This document shows positions 1-12,643 of a stretch of 64,000 nt of DNA, piece after piece. A program made the translations under genes and the position numbers. Under the pieces are notes generated by a model, which saw only the letters and a list, made by a program, of their open reading frames with translations, was not told where the DNA came from and did no database searches. Numbering within the stretch: the first letter of the stretch is position 1; the number at the start of each line of letters is the position of its first letter. Source of the DNA: Trichosphaerium sp. ATCC 40318 (Eukaryota; Protista; Tubulinea); assembly GCA_038496445.1 (NCBI GenBank), contig JALMLS010000332.1:238168-302167 (forward strand). The letters are read 5' to 3'.

Positions 1-372
1 CGAATGGGTTTTGGAAGGAAGAAAGTAATCAAATAGAGTTTTTGCGTAGTGCAGCAAACTTGCTTTCGATTGAAACCGCTGAGGAATGGTAGGTTTTAAA
101 TGGCCTTTTTTATTTGTTGTATTTCTTTTTCACATTTTTTGTGGTGTAGGTACCACGTTTCTGGCTCTCAACTGTTGGCGTTAAACGGAGGAGGTATTCT
201 AAAATATTACCCACATGTTCTTCGGGTATGGGATCCTTCTATAGTGTGGGACTGGAAGCGTTTCACTCATGGTATTAAAAAAGCACAACAAAGAACGCTA
301 ACAACGCAAATTAATGACTTGTTTACAACACTTCAATGCGTACCACTACGGCTAGAAGGTTTACTGAAGTAA
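1..372 (+). CDS. 5'-truncated hypothetical protein with Trp-rich helical repeat (FW..E.NQ..FL...A..L.I...EEWY.VS...GG..LKYY)
   Basis: Frame from base 3 reads NGFWKEESNQIEFLRSAANLLSIETAEEW, then an intron (gtagg...tgtag), then YHVSGSQLLALNGGGILKYYPHVLRVWDPSIVWDW. Resembles a repeat I recall from amoebozoan hypothetical proteins. The 3' end is uncertain. Confidence 0.55.
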
Positions 373-1264
373 CCGCATTAATGTCGCATACATACGCGAA
401 AAAATCAGCTGTGACACATTGTTGACTTGAACCACGAGTTGTACGTTTTGACTAGCAAGGTACAAACGATTTTTTTAAATGTAACGAATCCAGATTTTTT
501 TGCTTTTTGTTTGATTTTGGTTTAGATCGCGTTCTGGTGGCCTTGTTTTCTTCACTGAAGAAATTTATGGCTTTAGAGTTTGTAACGAAGTGTATATACC
601 GAGCGCGGCGGTTCGTAGTATTGACTATACACGAGGTTTCAATGCCGGAGAAAGAATTGTGCCGCAACTCAATGGTTTGTGAAATGGCATCAACGCACGT
701 TTTCTCCGTTAATAGTTACGCTTACAGATGCTAGACTCAATAAAACCCAAGCGCATACCTCCGGTGAAGCCGTTATTTCACTCCGCAAAGAAACTAAAAA
801 TGCGCTAGTTGCGGTAAAGTAATTGTTAACATCAACATGTTGAGTCACTTTAAACAACACAACTTGTTTTAAAGAGTTTTGCGCGTAGTATTATGACACA
901 CTGCATATACATCAAGAAAGCACGATGTATAGATCTCTTGGTGTCAGTGAGACTGAGCAGTATAGCCATTTGTATACTGCAGTTCGTTCAACCAGGCAAA
1001 AATACAAAAAAAAACTACTGTTAGCAAATAAATAGATCTGAACTGAAAATTCACTTGTTTTCCCATCATCCCTTCTGAAATTCTTGTTTGCTACAAGTTT
1101 GTTGTTTTAGTAATATGTGACTACAATGTAAATTATATCACGTGCGTGAAAGGTTATGATAACAACGTGTAGGGACGTTTTGTTTAAGTCTTATACTTGC
1201 TTAAAACAAAAATAAAAGAGAAAAAAGAAACTTCGCCTTGCGCGCAAGCCCCGGCACAGATGCT

Positions 1265-3078
1265 ATGTTAACAAAGAGTAGTAGCAAGAGTTCCTCGCTA
1301 CTGACATTGCCTACGTTTGAAATGCTGAAGAGCAAACAGAGCAAGGCGGAAGTCAAAAAAAAGAAATTTAAAATGCCTTATAAGAAGGGACGATGCCTTG
1401 GGAAGGGTAAAACAGCAATTGTATTCGCCGGAAAACACCGCAAAACTAAAGAAAGGGTGGCGCTTAAATATTTCATATTTAATGATTTTAATGATAAACA
1501 TCCTGGATATGTGGAGAGAGAATTAGGGATACAGAAAAAATTTGATCACCCAAATATACTGAAAGTATATGATATTATAGATTATAAAGGTTAGTGCATT
1601 TTTATGTATTATTGGATAAGAAAAAAATATGATATTACGGAAACGACGTAAAAAAGTAATAGTGGCGAAAGCTCTTTTTTTTTTTTTTGTTTTGATTTTT
1701 TTTTTTTCTTTCTTTCCTTACCTTCGCAAGTACTTTATTAACTCAATACCAGAAATCGGTTTTTTTCAATTATCACGTAAACTACACACGTGATTTCGCA
1801 TGAGTTTTTTTTTTTTTTTTCAAAACCTCCAAAGGTCACGTTTTCCCTCGTACTTTTTTTACTCCTTTTTTTTGGTGAAATAGAGTGACATCGACGTGGT
1901 ATAAATCACGTGATGAAGCGTAACAACACGTTACTTTTAAAACTCCGCAAAAAATTTCAGACCTATTTTAATACTTACTGCTGTTTGTTTCAGGAAACCC
2001 ACTCTTGGTTATGGAGCGTGCAGAAGGGAATTTACTTGATTTTATGCAGAATAGAGCATACATGTATTTTGACAACATGGTTCGAAGCATTATTCGACAA
2101 GTCCTCTCAGCACTTGTTCATATACATCAACTTGGGTTTGTCCATAGAGATATTAAACCAGGTAAGGTTTTAAACCATTTATAGTGTTCCTTGACACGCG
2201 ACAAACTAAAAATGTTTTCTGAAAAAACTAACAAAAGTCCGATTTTAGGAAACATTCTGGTAGGCGCCAAGGGTGTCATTAAAGTTGCAGACTTTGGTTT
2301 TACGAGATCTATTAGATACACTCTTGCAGGATCAAAAGCCGTTAGTGGAACTCCAGATGTAAGTACAGCGCTCTAAATCGAACAAAAAACCCAATCGAGT
2401 ATTCTTCTTTTTTTTTTGGTGAATGTTTTCGTACTTTCCAAAAATTGAATATCCTTCTCACTTTATTTTTTGCTTTAGTTTATGCCACCTGAATGCTATG
2501 TTGGCGATAGGGTATACAACGAGAAATTTGATATTTGGTCTACAGGAGTAACGTAAGAATTAAACAAATCAGATTTTTCTTTTTTTTTTTTGTAATTTCT
2601 GCCACGTGATTTATTTTTGTGACCGCTTTTTTGTTGTTTTGACAATTGGTGGGGCCATGGCGAACAAATTACCTAAAATACAGCTTTTGTACTGTTTATT
2701 GCAAGTTGCATCTTTCACGTGTTTTTTTTTTCTTTGACTTTTTTTATTGTTCTTCTTTGGTCGGCTTTGATTTGACTTCTTTATTAAAGATTGTGTTATC
2801 TACTTCTCCGACGACGTCCAGTTGATCTTAAACCAAAAAACAAAGAAGGAAGAGAGGAAATTATGCGTCGTTTAATCAAGATTGGTAAAGTAGACACGCT
2901 TCACTATGAAAAAGAATTAGGAGAAAATAGACGATTTGTGTCTGCTCTATTGACTGTTGATTATACAAAAAGACCAAGCGCTTCGGAGTGTTTGAAAATG
3001 CCTTGGTTTAGTGATTTTGATGAAAAGCAAAATAATGATTATAGTAAGCGGCTAGCAGCTCTCAGTACAATAATGTAA
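1265..3078 (+). CDS. Ser/Thr protein kinase (5 exons)
   Basis: GKGKTA P-loop, VALK, HPNILK, spliced HRDIKPGN, ADFG, GTPDFMPPE, DIWSTG and RPSASECL, joined by GT-AG introns. Confidence 0.93.
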
Positions 3079-4247
3079 ATAGGAAAAAAGGACTACTGAG
3101 AAAAATAAAAAAAACCAAATTTATGTACTTCCTGTCTTTCGTTTTGAGCGATATTTTGAGACGTTCCTGTTAGTGGATTATAGCGTATTTCACATTGAAA
3201 GTGCATGTAACAAGGGGTTCCGGACTTGACGAACATGACGACAAAATACGAGCTATTTACAGCAAATATCTTTCACCTTGCTGTATCCTTATCAAGCAAT
3301 CAGCCTCCTTGAGATATCAGGCTGTAAATGGCACAACACAAACTTTGCTGTTTAATTGCCAATGTACAACAACTCAAAAGGATGCGGATAAACTTACAAG
3401 CGGTAAGAACGAAAAAATCACGGACTAAATAAAGTGTGCACTTGTTTTTTTTTTATTTATTGAATATTCACAGACTATAATTCTTGCTTGTGATGATTCT
3501 ATCCTCGTAGTCAACCCTATATCATTGTCTATAGCTATCATGCACTTCATTATTTTCGTGAAGCATTATCCAGCGAGATTACCAATGTATGTGCTAGTAT
3601 AATGAGATACGAGACAGTAGACTAATTGTTTTCTAACCTCGGTTCTGTATTTTCAGGAATCTTTATTTTTATCTTTCTACCGAATAACGCATTTTACATT
3701 TGCTTTACTTAACCAATAAAGGGTTTCACTGGTATGCTTAAGCTCTTTCTAGGACAATCAGCAACAGCAGACACGTTGAAAATTGTTAACACAGAAAAGA
3801 AATTTAAAACTATCCAAACTAAGCTCGGACGTTATGGATTCTGAAGACGTTACGTCCTGCATGGATAATAAGGCTATCACATTCAAACGTGTGTCAGTTG
3901 CAATTAATGGTTTGTGTATGCTTCCTGTGAACTCCAGTAGTGGTGTATACTACAAACGTACCAGCATGCTCTTGTAATGTAAGAAAAGAATCAGGCAACA
4001 TTGAATTGTGAAACGTTACAGAACACGTGCAAGAGACGTAGCTTGTTTGTGTGGCAATAGTGTCTTTTAAACCACCACAGAATAGTAACGTATGCTATTG
4101 CACGTTAAAACAACAACAACGCAAAAATAGCAGATGAGAGAAGTCAAACGACTTCTCCTATTACGTTAACGCCCTTACAAAAAGTCATTAGTTTTCTTCA
4201 GTCCTTTAAATCACAATTTAGCAATCCCAAACTGTGTTCCGCGGAGT

Positions 4248-5825
4248 ATGGAACATGAACTTAGCAATACAAGTATACAACAAACGAAATACAGTCCCGA
4301 TGGTTACTTATTAGACCTCCTTGCGCTACCAGTCGAGATTATAGTACAAATTCTTAAATACGGGAGGTTTAGGCACCGTTCAGCCCAAACATGCCATTTC
4401 ATGCTCGAGATAGTTCAAAACCACGTCGGCTATGATAAAATTGAAATCTCAAGCGAAAACGAGTTGAAAAAGCTCTCTGGTAGCGCTTTGCTTCAGAATA
4501 CTCCTATTTATTTAGATGTTCTTAGAAAAACGCTTACTGATAGTCACTTGAGCCTTCTTGCAGGTGTACACACTATCTACTTGAATAAATTCAAATTGAT
4601 AACAGATGATGGCATCAAAGCTTTGGCTGGTGTACACACAATTATCTTAGATGAAACAAATGTTACTGATGAAGGTCTGAAAGCGCTATCAGGTGTACAT
4701 ACTATTGGTTTGTTATTCTGCAAGTTAATTACAGATGAAGGTATAAAGGCATTGTCAGGTGTACATGAAATAGATCTAGAAGAGACATCTGTGACTGATG
4801 AAGGTTTAAAGTCACTAGCAGGAGTACATGCTATCAACTTGGATTATTGTTCATCAATAACCGATGAAGGTGTCACTGAACTGGCAGGTGTACACACAAT
4901 AAGTTTAAAAGAAACCAATATAACATATAAAGGTTTTAAGGCTTTAGCAGGAGTTCACTCTATCTCCTTGGAGAATTCATTGATAACTGATGAAGGCATC
5001 AAGGCTTTATATGGTGTACACACAATCGCTTTAGAAGGAACTAAAGTGACTGATGATAGTTTAAAGTTATTGGCAGACAGCGTACATGTTATTTGCTTGA
5101 ACAGTTGTGACTTGATAACAAATGAGGGTATCAAGTTATTGGCTGGTGTTCATACGGTTAATTTGAGCAATACCGCGGTAACTGATGAGGGTATCAAGGC
5201 GTTGGCTGGAGTACATACAATAGCTTTAAAATATACTAAGGTAACTGATGAGGGAATCAAGGCGCTTTCGGGGGTTCACACAATTGACCTGGCATTTTGT
5301 GAAACAATTACAGATGAGGGTATCAAGTCATTGGCGGGTGCATATTGTGTTGATATAGCTTGTACAAATGTAACAGATGAAGGTGTAAAGGCATTGGCTG
5401 GTGTTTATCACATTGATTTATCAAGTACAAATGTCACTGATGAAGGCTTGAAGGCATTGGCTGGAGTACACACTATTTATTTAGAAAGGTGTATGTCAAT
5501 AACAAGTGATGGTATTGCAGCATTGGTGGGTGTACATGAGATAGATTTATCAAATACAAATGTAACAGATGAAGGTTTAAAGGCATTGGTAGGAGTAAAC
5601 AACATCCATTTACGCTTTTGTAAATCAATAACAGATGAGGGTATCAAGTCATTGGCGGGTGCATATCGTGTTGATATAGCTTGTACAAATGTAACAGATG
5701 AAGGTTTAAAGGCATTGGTAGGAGTAAAACACATCCATTTAGAATATTGTATCCACAAAAAAACTGAGATTGCACTACCGCAACTCTTTAATGCTGTAAA
5801 GTCACTATCTGGTGTACTTGTTTAG
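4248..5825 (+). CDS. Intronless F-box + leucine-rich repeat protein
   Basis: 525-aa ORF with an F-box-like LLALPVEIIVQILKY followed by about 19 repeats of 21-22 aa (AGVHTIxLxxTxVTDEGIKAL). Confidence 0.92.
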   Translation: MEHELSNTSIQQTKYSPDGYLLDLLALPVEIIVQILKYGRFRHRSAQTCHFMLEIVQNHVGYDKIEISSENELKKLSGSALLQNTPIYLDVLRKTLTDSHLSLLAGVHTIYLNKFKLITDDGIKALAGVHTIILDETNVTDEGLKALSGVHTIGLLFCKLITDEGIKALSGVHEIDLEETSVTDEGLKSLAGVHAINLDYCSSITDEGVTELAGVHTISLKETNITYKGFKALAGVHSISLENSLITDEGIKALYGVHTIALEGTKVTDDSLKLLADSVHVICLNSCDLITNEGIKLLAGVHTVNLSNTAVTDEGIKALAGVHTIALKYTKVTDEGIKALSGVHTIDLAFCETITDEGIKSLAGAYCVDIACTNVTDEGVKALAGVYHIDLSSTNVTDEGLKALAGVHTIYLERCMSITSDGIAALVGVHEIDLSNTNVTDEGLKALVGVNNIHLRFCKSITDEGIKSLAGAYRVDIACTNVTDEGLKALVGVKHIHLEYCIHKKTEIALPQLFNAVKSLSGVLV

Positions 5826-6006
5826 CTTTGATGTATTTTACAACTTAAAATACTTTTGCAATGCCTACTGCCGTTGCTCCAGCTTGGTGGACTTTTGAAA
5901 CTAATGTAATAAACTACTTATCAGAAAAACAATTTTTATAAAAGTCTCTTTGATATCTCTTAACCAATAAAGCCATTTGAGAAAGACTATAAAAGCCATC
6001 ACTTAA

Positions 6007-6420
6007 TGGCGAGCTCGGTTGTAGAGTTTCCAACACCATTTAATAAGAATGCCCAGAACCACAAGGTTCCTTTCAGTAAGCACAATGGCGTTGTGTAGAG
6101 TGAGAGCTATAAGAAAAAGTATAGCCAAGGGAGTGTTTAGTGATGTGTATAACATCGGCCGCAGGCGACCGAAAAAAGAATGTATGAGATTCAGTCTTGT
6201 GTCGCATCATATGCACAAGGAAGAAATCTCAAAATAGATTTGAGTAGGTAGTCCCTAACCAGAGGAGCACATTTGAGTTTAGGATGCTTAAAAATGTGAG
6301 GGAAAGTTTTGTATGGGTAGAAGCATACGCGAAATTGTAGGAGTTGTGTCCACTTTACGGACAAAATTAAAATGGTAGAGGTCAGAAAAGGTGCGTGGTA
6401 ACTTAATTTTGTGCTCACCA
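6007..6420 (+). ncRNA. Candidate structured non-coding RNA (multi-hairpin, stem-closed)
   Basis: Terminal stem TGGCGAGC/GCTCACCA (1 mismatch); long-range ACCATTT/AAATGGT; TGAGATT/AATCTCA enclosing CTTGTG/CACAAG; local hairpins GAACC/GGTTC, GCACAAT/GTTGTGT, GCTATA/TATAGC, GATGT/ACATC, GTATG/CATAC, TGTCC/GGACA. No credible ORF. Confidence 0.4.
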
Positions 6421-6676
6421 AAAAGACAGGTCAATTCTGAGAGTGTTTTACCTCTGAAACGTTTGTTAATTTTGATCCATGCTTTTTTGCATATGGTGAA
6501 ATGATAGGAGGCTGCTAGTCCCTACCAAGAATGACTAAATAACTCTTATTTAATTAAGATGTTTGTTTGATTGCTTCACTTGACATCTTAGCTGGTTTAT
6601 TCCTCCATACTGGGTACAGTTTATAGTAACTGAAAAGGAAACTAGTCACAAACACAAAAAAAAATGCCTTGAATGT

Positions 6677-9600
6677 TTAATCAAGACCGTAGATTTCGCC
6701 TGTTTCAAAATCAATATCCATATCGAAAAACTTTGGACGTGTAGGAAGACCTAATAAGAACAAGTATTAGAAAAATACAGAGGGAAAAAGAGTTGAGTAA
6801 AAAGAAACATACCTGGCATTGTTGATATGTTACCGAGAAGAGGGTACACAAAACCAGCACCTACAGATGCTCTAATATCTCTAATTGGTACTGTAAATCC
6901 TGTTGGTGCTCCTTTTAATGATGCATCATGAGAAAGGGACAAGTGAGTTTTTGCCATGCAAATAGGAAGATTTCCGAATCCCTGTAAAAAAACTCATTAA
7001 AAACCGTCCAAGAAAAAAAAAAAAGAGAATCAAAAACAACCACGAAAATATGCTGAACTGCTCAGTGTTGCTGAACTAAAACAACAAGGCAGACAAAAAA
7101 AAACCATTAATCATCTTTATCAACAAATTTCGTATCACGTGATTTTTGTTGTTGTGCAAAATAAACCTAAGCGAATCCATGTTCACCATAACTAGTTATG
7201 GTACTGGGATCTATTTCGCTATGATTTATTCTACTCTATTAATTCTCACGTGATTTTTTATGAAAACACGTGTGGTGAAACAAAAAAAATAAAATAAAAA
7301 CGTGTTAAGTACCTGAGCTTCAAATTCTTTAATTTTTTCTTCAGCTAGTGGTTCGTAGGAAACACCATCAGCGCCATAGATTTCTTTGCAAATAGTTTCA
7401 ATCTTTTCTTTGATTGTTTTTTCAAGAGGATACAAAAACTTGAATGTATTGCCTGCTTTCTTGTTCGCTTCACATGCTTCATGTACAGACTTGGCTAGGT
7501 CAATGGCACCAGCGCCACCTATTAGAACCTTGAGGAAACAAGATACTTGAAGTTTCTACGCAGTTTCATCCACAAAGATATTTCTTACCTTTCGCCCAGT
7601 GTTCAGCTACTACAGCGTCTTCTGCTCCTGCTTCTTTTGCTAAGCGTTTGACAAGCTCAATTTCTTCATCAGAATCAGTAAGGAACCTATAAAAAAGATA
7701 TCAATATTGAGCGATCCTTGGTCAGTCATTATAAACAACGTACTTGTTGATTGCTACAATTACAGCAACACCAAACTTTTTACAGTTTTGGATATGTTTA
7801 ATTAGATTAGCACAGCCAGCCTCTACAAGTTCTACATGTGGTTCAACATATTCCTTTGCAAGTGTGCGTCCAGGTGTAACCTTAGGACCACCACCTATAG
7901 CGACGATTAGCTGTAAAGTCGAAAAATAACTTGACAAGAAAATTAAAACGTACCATGCATCTTCAAAGCTCTTACAGTAGCAACAATAACAGCACAGTTA
8001 GGTACTAATCCACTGTATCTGCATTTAATATTGAAGAACTTTTCGGCACCAATATCAGCACCAAAACCAGCTTCTGTTACTACAACACCATCTTCACCAA
8101 CAAGTTTCAAAGCGACCTAAAACAAATAACCATCAGCACTTTTTTCTTTTTCTGAAGTTCATCCAAACAGTTTTCGTTTCGCCCTTACCTTATCAGCTAC
8201 TATGGAGCTGTTTCCGTGTGCGATATTAGCGAATGGACCAGCATGAACAAATACAGGTGTTCCCTAAATGGTTAGATTGAGCATAAAGCAAATGGTAGAG
8301 AACTAAACATACCTCCAAAGTTTGCATAAGGTTAGGATCAACAGTGTCTACAAAAAAAATAGGGTGAGAAAAACATTCTTTTTTTGTTCAGCTATTTACC
8401 CTTCATAAGAATTGTTAATGCTCCGGCTACACCTAAATCTTCAGCTGTTATAGGCTCGCCTTCACTATAACCAATATCAGTATAAAACAAAGGCAGGCGA
8501 CTGAAAAAAGCAGACAGACAAAGAAGAAGAGAAAGTGTGACACTTTTTTTTAAAGGCTTGTTTTTGTTGCTCTTGAAGTACGTACGTGCTGAAAGCTACC
8601 ACCATTTCGCCAAGACGTTTTCTCATATCTTTTAGACTTGTGGTCAATGCTAATATAGCCATAATCTCAGAAGCAACAGAGATGTCAAAATTTGTTTCGC
8701 GAGTACGACCCTTTTCAGTCTTGCTTTGTCCTACTGTGATTTTACGTAAATATCTGTCGTTACAGTCAACGACGCGGTTCCAAAGGATCTTGTCTTTATC
8801 AATATTCAAGCGAGCAAACCTATTACATAATTAACAGACAGTACTACGACAAACGAGACAAGTCAATCTGCTTTTAAAAAATGCTCAAAAAAAAAAAGTA
8901 CTTTTTGACTTCTTCGTCAGTGAGATCCTCAGGTACGGTCTTTTCAATACCAAGCTTTTTAAGACGTGTCAACATAATCCTTGAAAAGCTTCTCTTTTGT
9001 GTCTTAGAATTTTTTGGGCACAACCTAAATAATTAATGTCAAAATGTGTTTACAGCTTTTTTTTTTTTGGTTTTATCTTAGAAACCAAACAAACAGATAA
9101 CGTACCTGTTGAATAAAGCTCTATCGGATTTTGTAATTGACTCGTGCATGTATCTAACAACGTAAGAAACAGAACAGGTAGCAAGAAGCAGTACAAGACG
9201 ACTGAGAACGGAAAAAAATGCTCGGTGAAAATATCTTACCTTGCGTCTAAAGCAGCCGCCAATAGGTTATTAGCTGCAGAAATAGCATGAATATCGCCTG
9301 TAAGGTGCAAGTTGAAATCTAGATGGTAAGTCAGGTTTTTGACACTCAAACCTGAAAAAAATATGTTTCCTCACCTTCCATTGGGATAACTTGAGCGTAA
9401 CCACCGCCAGCAGCACCGCCTGTAGCGTTTATGTTAATTGTTTATTTAAAATTAAGAGTTTATTGCCTTTAATGCCGAAAGTTGGGCCCTGGCTAGGCTG
9501 GCGTATGCATGCGAACGACTTCTTGCCGAAATGAGCGCCTGAATGAAGTGAGAAGCGATGAGAATAGATAAATGTACCTAGAGCCTGTACTAAGCCTACA

Positions 9601-9950
9601 ACAGTAGTAGATTTGCCTTCTCCGAGCGGTGTAGGTGTGATTCCAGTGACTACAACGTAATGGCCATTCTTGACGTCTTTTAAGCGATCCAATACGCTCA
9701 GTGACACTTTAGCCTTCAGTTTACCATACTGTTCAACTTCGTCATCAAGTAAACCAAGAGCACTTGTAATGTCTGTAATAGGCAAAGGTTTTACGCTATG
9801 ACTAATAACCAAGTCGTGAGGAGGTGGAGAGACAATGTTGGTGAGTTTATTGGCTGTTGCGTAACTCATCTTCGCTTTTGTGGAACGAGACTTCAAAGTA
9901 ATTCTTGTTCGTGTGGAATATTGGCGTTGTGTGAAAATTTTTCGGATCAT
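6677..9950 (-). CDS. fhs: Formate--tetrahydrofolate ligase (stand-alone FTHFS), multi-exon
   Basis: [67 protein letters not shown] and C-terminal MPGLPTRP. Confidence 0.97.
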
Positions 9951-10323
9951 AACTGATATTTCGTAATTACGTGGTTTTATCCTCTGTGTAGTTCTGTCTA
10001 TGGAAGATTTGGCAGGCAGTTCCAGAATAGTTACGAAAAAGCTGTAGGTTTGTTAACGCGTATCAATATAATGCGTTCCTTGCACGTGATTTTAGATGAT
10101 GACGGCTGCTTTGGTCGTGTTTGTTGGACGTTATGTGGAAGCTTGGCGGTTAATAAAAAAGTTCACTTCACAACTTAATGTCAGCTTATCTGTGCGGGTG
10201 CTTGAAAATGGTGAATGAGTATAGAGCGTTTTAACTGGGACTGTAGTATTGTTTTGCATTGCACGTGCTCGGATACGCGGATTGACCAAAATAGAAATTC
10301 AAGCGATTGTCAATTGCATAATA

Positions 10324-11026
10324 ATGGCTGATTCTCGCTTACTGTCAAGATTCTTTCTTGTTATCCTGTTTGCACAAGTAGTCTTGTCTATTGTGAACTC
10401 CTTGTTCAATTTAATAGACCTAAACCTCCCGTTAGCTTTGTTTGGTTTTTATGGCGTAATTAAAGGTATGAGGAGCTATTTTAGCGTAACTAACATTATT
10501 AGGACATAAACAAGCTCTAATAGGCGTATCCTCCCTCAATATATTTCTTATATACCTTTATAACCTTAACAGTGTAGTATATAACATTTTGTACAGTATT
10601 CTCAACAATAGCGGATGTACTACGTTTACTACTGTGGTCTGAGTATATTATATCCAATACGATTGGTTTTGTTAGTACACTAGGGTACGTTTTACAACGA
10701 ACTTTCTGTATGCTCATCAATTACGCTCAACGCGTTGACTACAGCGTAAACAACACGTTAAGCACTGACATTTGCCAACAAGGACATACTATGTAATGCT
10801 TACATGTTGCGGCGGTATATTAAAGCTCATTGGAGGATTATTCGCGTTTTTCTTGTACAGACGCATAAGACGCGAACAAAAAAAGGCCTCGAACAGCATG
10901 CCAAGTACGCTTTGGTTCCTTCTCATATATGAGCATGTACTAACCCGACTTACAGTTGGTGATGAGGAAGAATTCGTGCAATCAAATTTTTCGTTTTCAA
11001 TGCCACACGAATCAATGATAAATTAA
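10324..11026 (+). CDS. Small multi-pass membrane protein (possibly AGTRAP-like)
   Basis: MADSRLLSRFF... with several hydrophobic segments over short GT-AG introns and a basic cytoplasmic tail (RRIRREQKK). Confidence 0.65.
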
Positions 11027-11138
11027 CTACACTGTAAAAATAGTACTGTACACGCGCAATTACAAGGGATAAAATAGCTCCCTTTGATTACAATGACACT
11101 GCGTTTGACTTTCAAATAATTTGTAACTGATCTTGTAA

Positions 11139-12457
11139 ATGGCGCTATTCATACGCTCTGTAGAAGAATTGTCCGGTCTGAAGCAAATAAACGGTGTTTC
11201 AGTTCAAGAAATTGAAAGAAGAGCTAGGTATCTATAACTCAATAAAAGGGTAAGCTTACGCGTAATTAGGCCTTGTGAAGACAGGTAAAGACGGTTTGTT
11301 TTCAATAAATAAATAAAAAACTAGGGATGACCCTCTGTGGCGTTGCCGTTCTCATTGCGGGTTTCTAGACGCTGAACAAACGCTTATACAGGTATAGTAG
11401 CATAATTTGAACACTTTAACCTAATAACACATGTAGAACCTAACAAAAGATTGGAACAGGTGCTGAGGCGTAATATATATTCACGGTTGCCGCTAACCAG
11501 TGGTAGAATTCGCGAATTAAAGTTGACACATGTCATAATTGCAATGTGTTTGAAAACAATAATACTAAAAGCTGAAGAACTACGTAAGGCTAACAATTGG
11601 GGTCCAGATAGGTACGACATACAACAATAGGGATATGTGACTTATTTGTTCAATAGGCCAGTAAGTGTTATGATTGATCTAGGTGAAGAAATAAACGACT
11701 TAAACCAATTTTGCAACAATGGACCTCAAACATTCACTGTAGTACATAGAAGTACGTTGTGTACTATAATATAGGTAGTGCTTATACTTTTTAGGCTATA
11801 CTGGTTATCAGTGGTCATTGTTTTATAATCCTAGTCACGTGAGATTCTTGAAGAGATGATTTCCGAAACACTTTTGTTTTCTACAATTTGAAAATGTATT
11901 TTCTACTCTACTTCTTGTAACTCTTTGCAAAGGAGAATATTGGCGGTAAGCTTGATGAAGAAGCTAAAGATAATATGTGCAAGTGGAATAGAGAGTATAA
12001 GATTACAAACGGATCCAATTCACTTTCTATAACTGTAGCAGGAGGTGAGTCAAAGTTGAAAAGTCAAAGAACATTTTGAATTTCTCTAAAGTTGTTTATC
12101 TTAGACACCAACGGCGGAATTATAAAATATATTGAGAACTATGGCTTTTATGAAGGAGGTAGAAATAACACTTATCGTCTTGACCCAGATGTACTGCTTT
12201 GTGTTTTTTCTGGAAGAAAAACAAAGAATGCTGCTAAAGTGTTAATGGAACGCGAGACTTCGAAGTTGGATGTTTTACGAAAAGACATGGAAGATATGTT
12301 GCTTAAAATTAAGGAAATACGAGATACTGTTAATGAAGAACAACGAAAGAGTTTAGATGATGCTATAGAGAATGAAAAGACAAAGTATAATCAGGGTAAG
12401 ACAGTTGCAGATGAAAGAATTTTATTATATTCTAAAGAGTGGGTTGATACATTTTGA
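11139..12457 (+). CDS. Hypothetical protein (S..GFL / DW...LTH..IA / GFYEG...YRLDP motifs) with coiled-coil tail
   Basis: Spliced reading MALFIRSVEELSGL...RSHCGFLDAEQTLIQNLTKDWNRIRELKLTHVIIA...GYTGYQWSLF...IKYIENYGFYEGGRNNTYRLDP. Confidence 0.75.
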
Positions 12458-12643
12458 CAAACTGATGAACACGGGCAATATGTATTCACGCTAATTGTAT
12501 TTAACAATATATTTCTACCAACGGTTGGTATGAATTGAGATTGGTACTAGTTCTATAGCGCAATCATTATCTTTGTACACCTTGGCAGTTTCTTGTATTT
12601 TTGATATTATTATGGTTGCAAAACCAAAAAAAGCGAATCGCTC

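Noticed and set aside
4577-5758. Antisense ORFs in the LRR gene (likewise 45195-45683 and 63335-63850)
   Set aside because: Shadows of repetitive or low-complexity sense coding sequence
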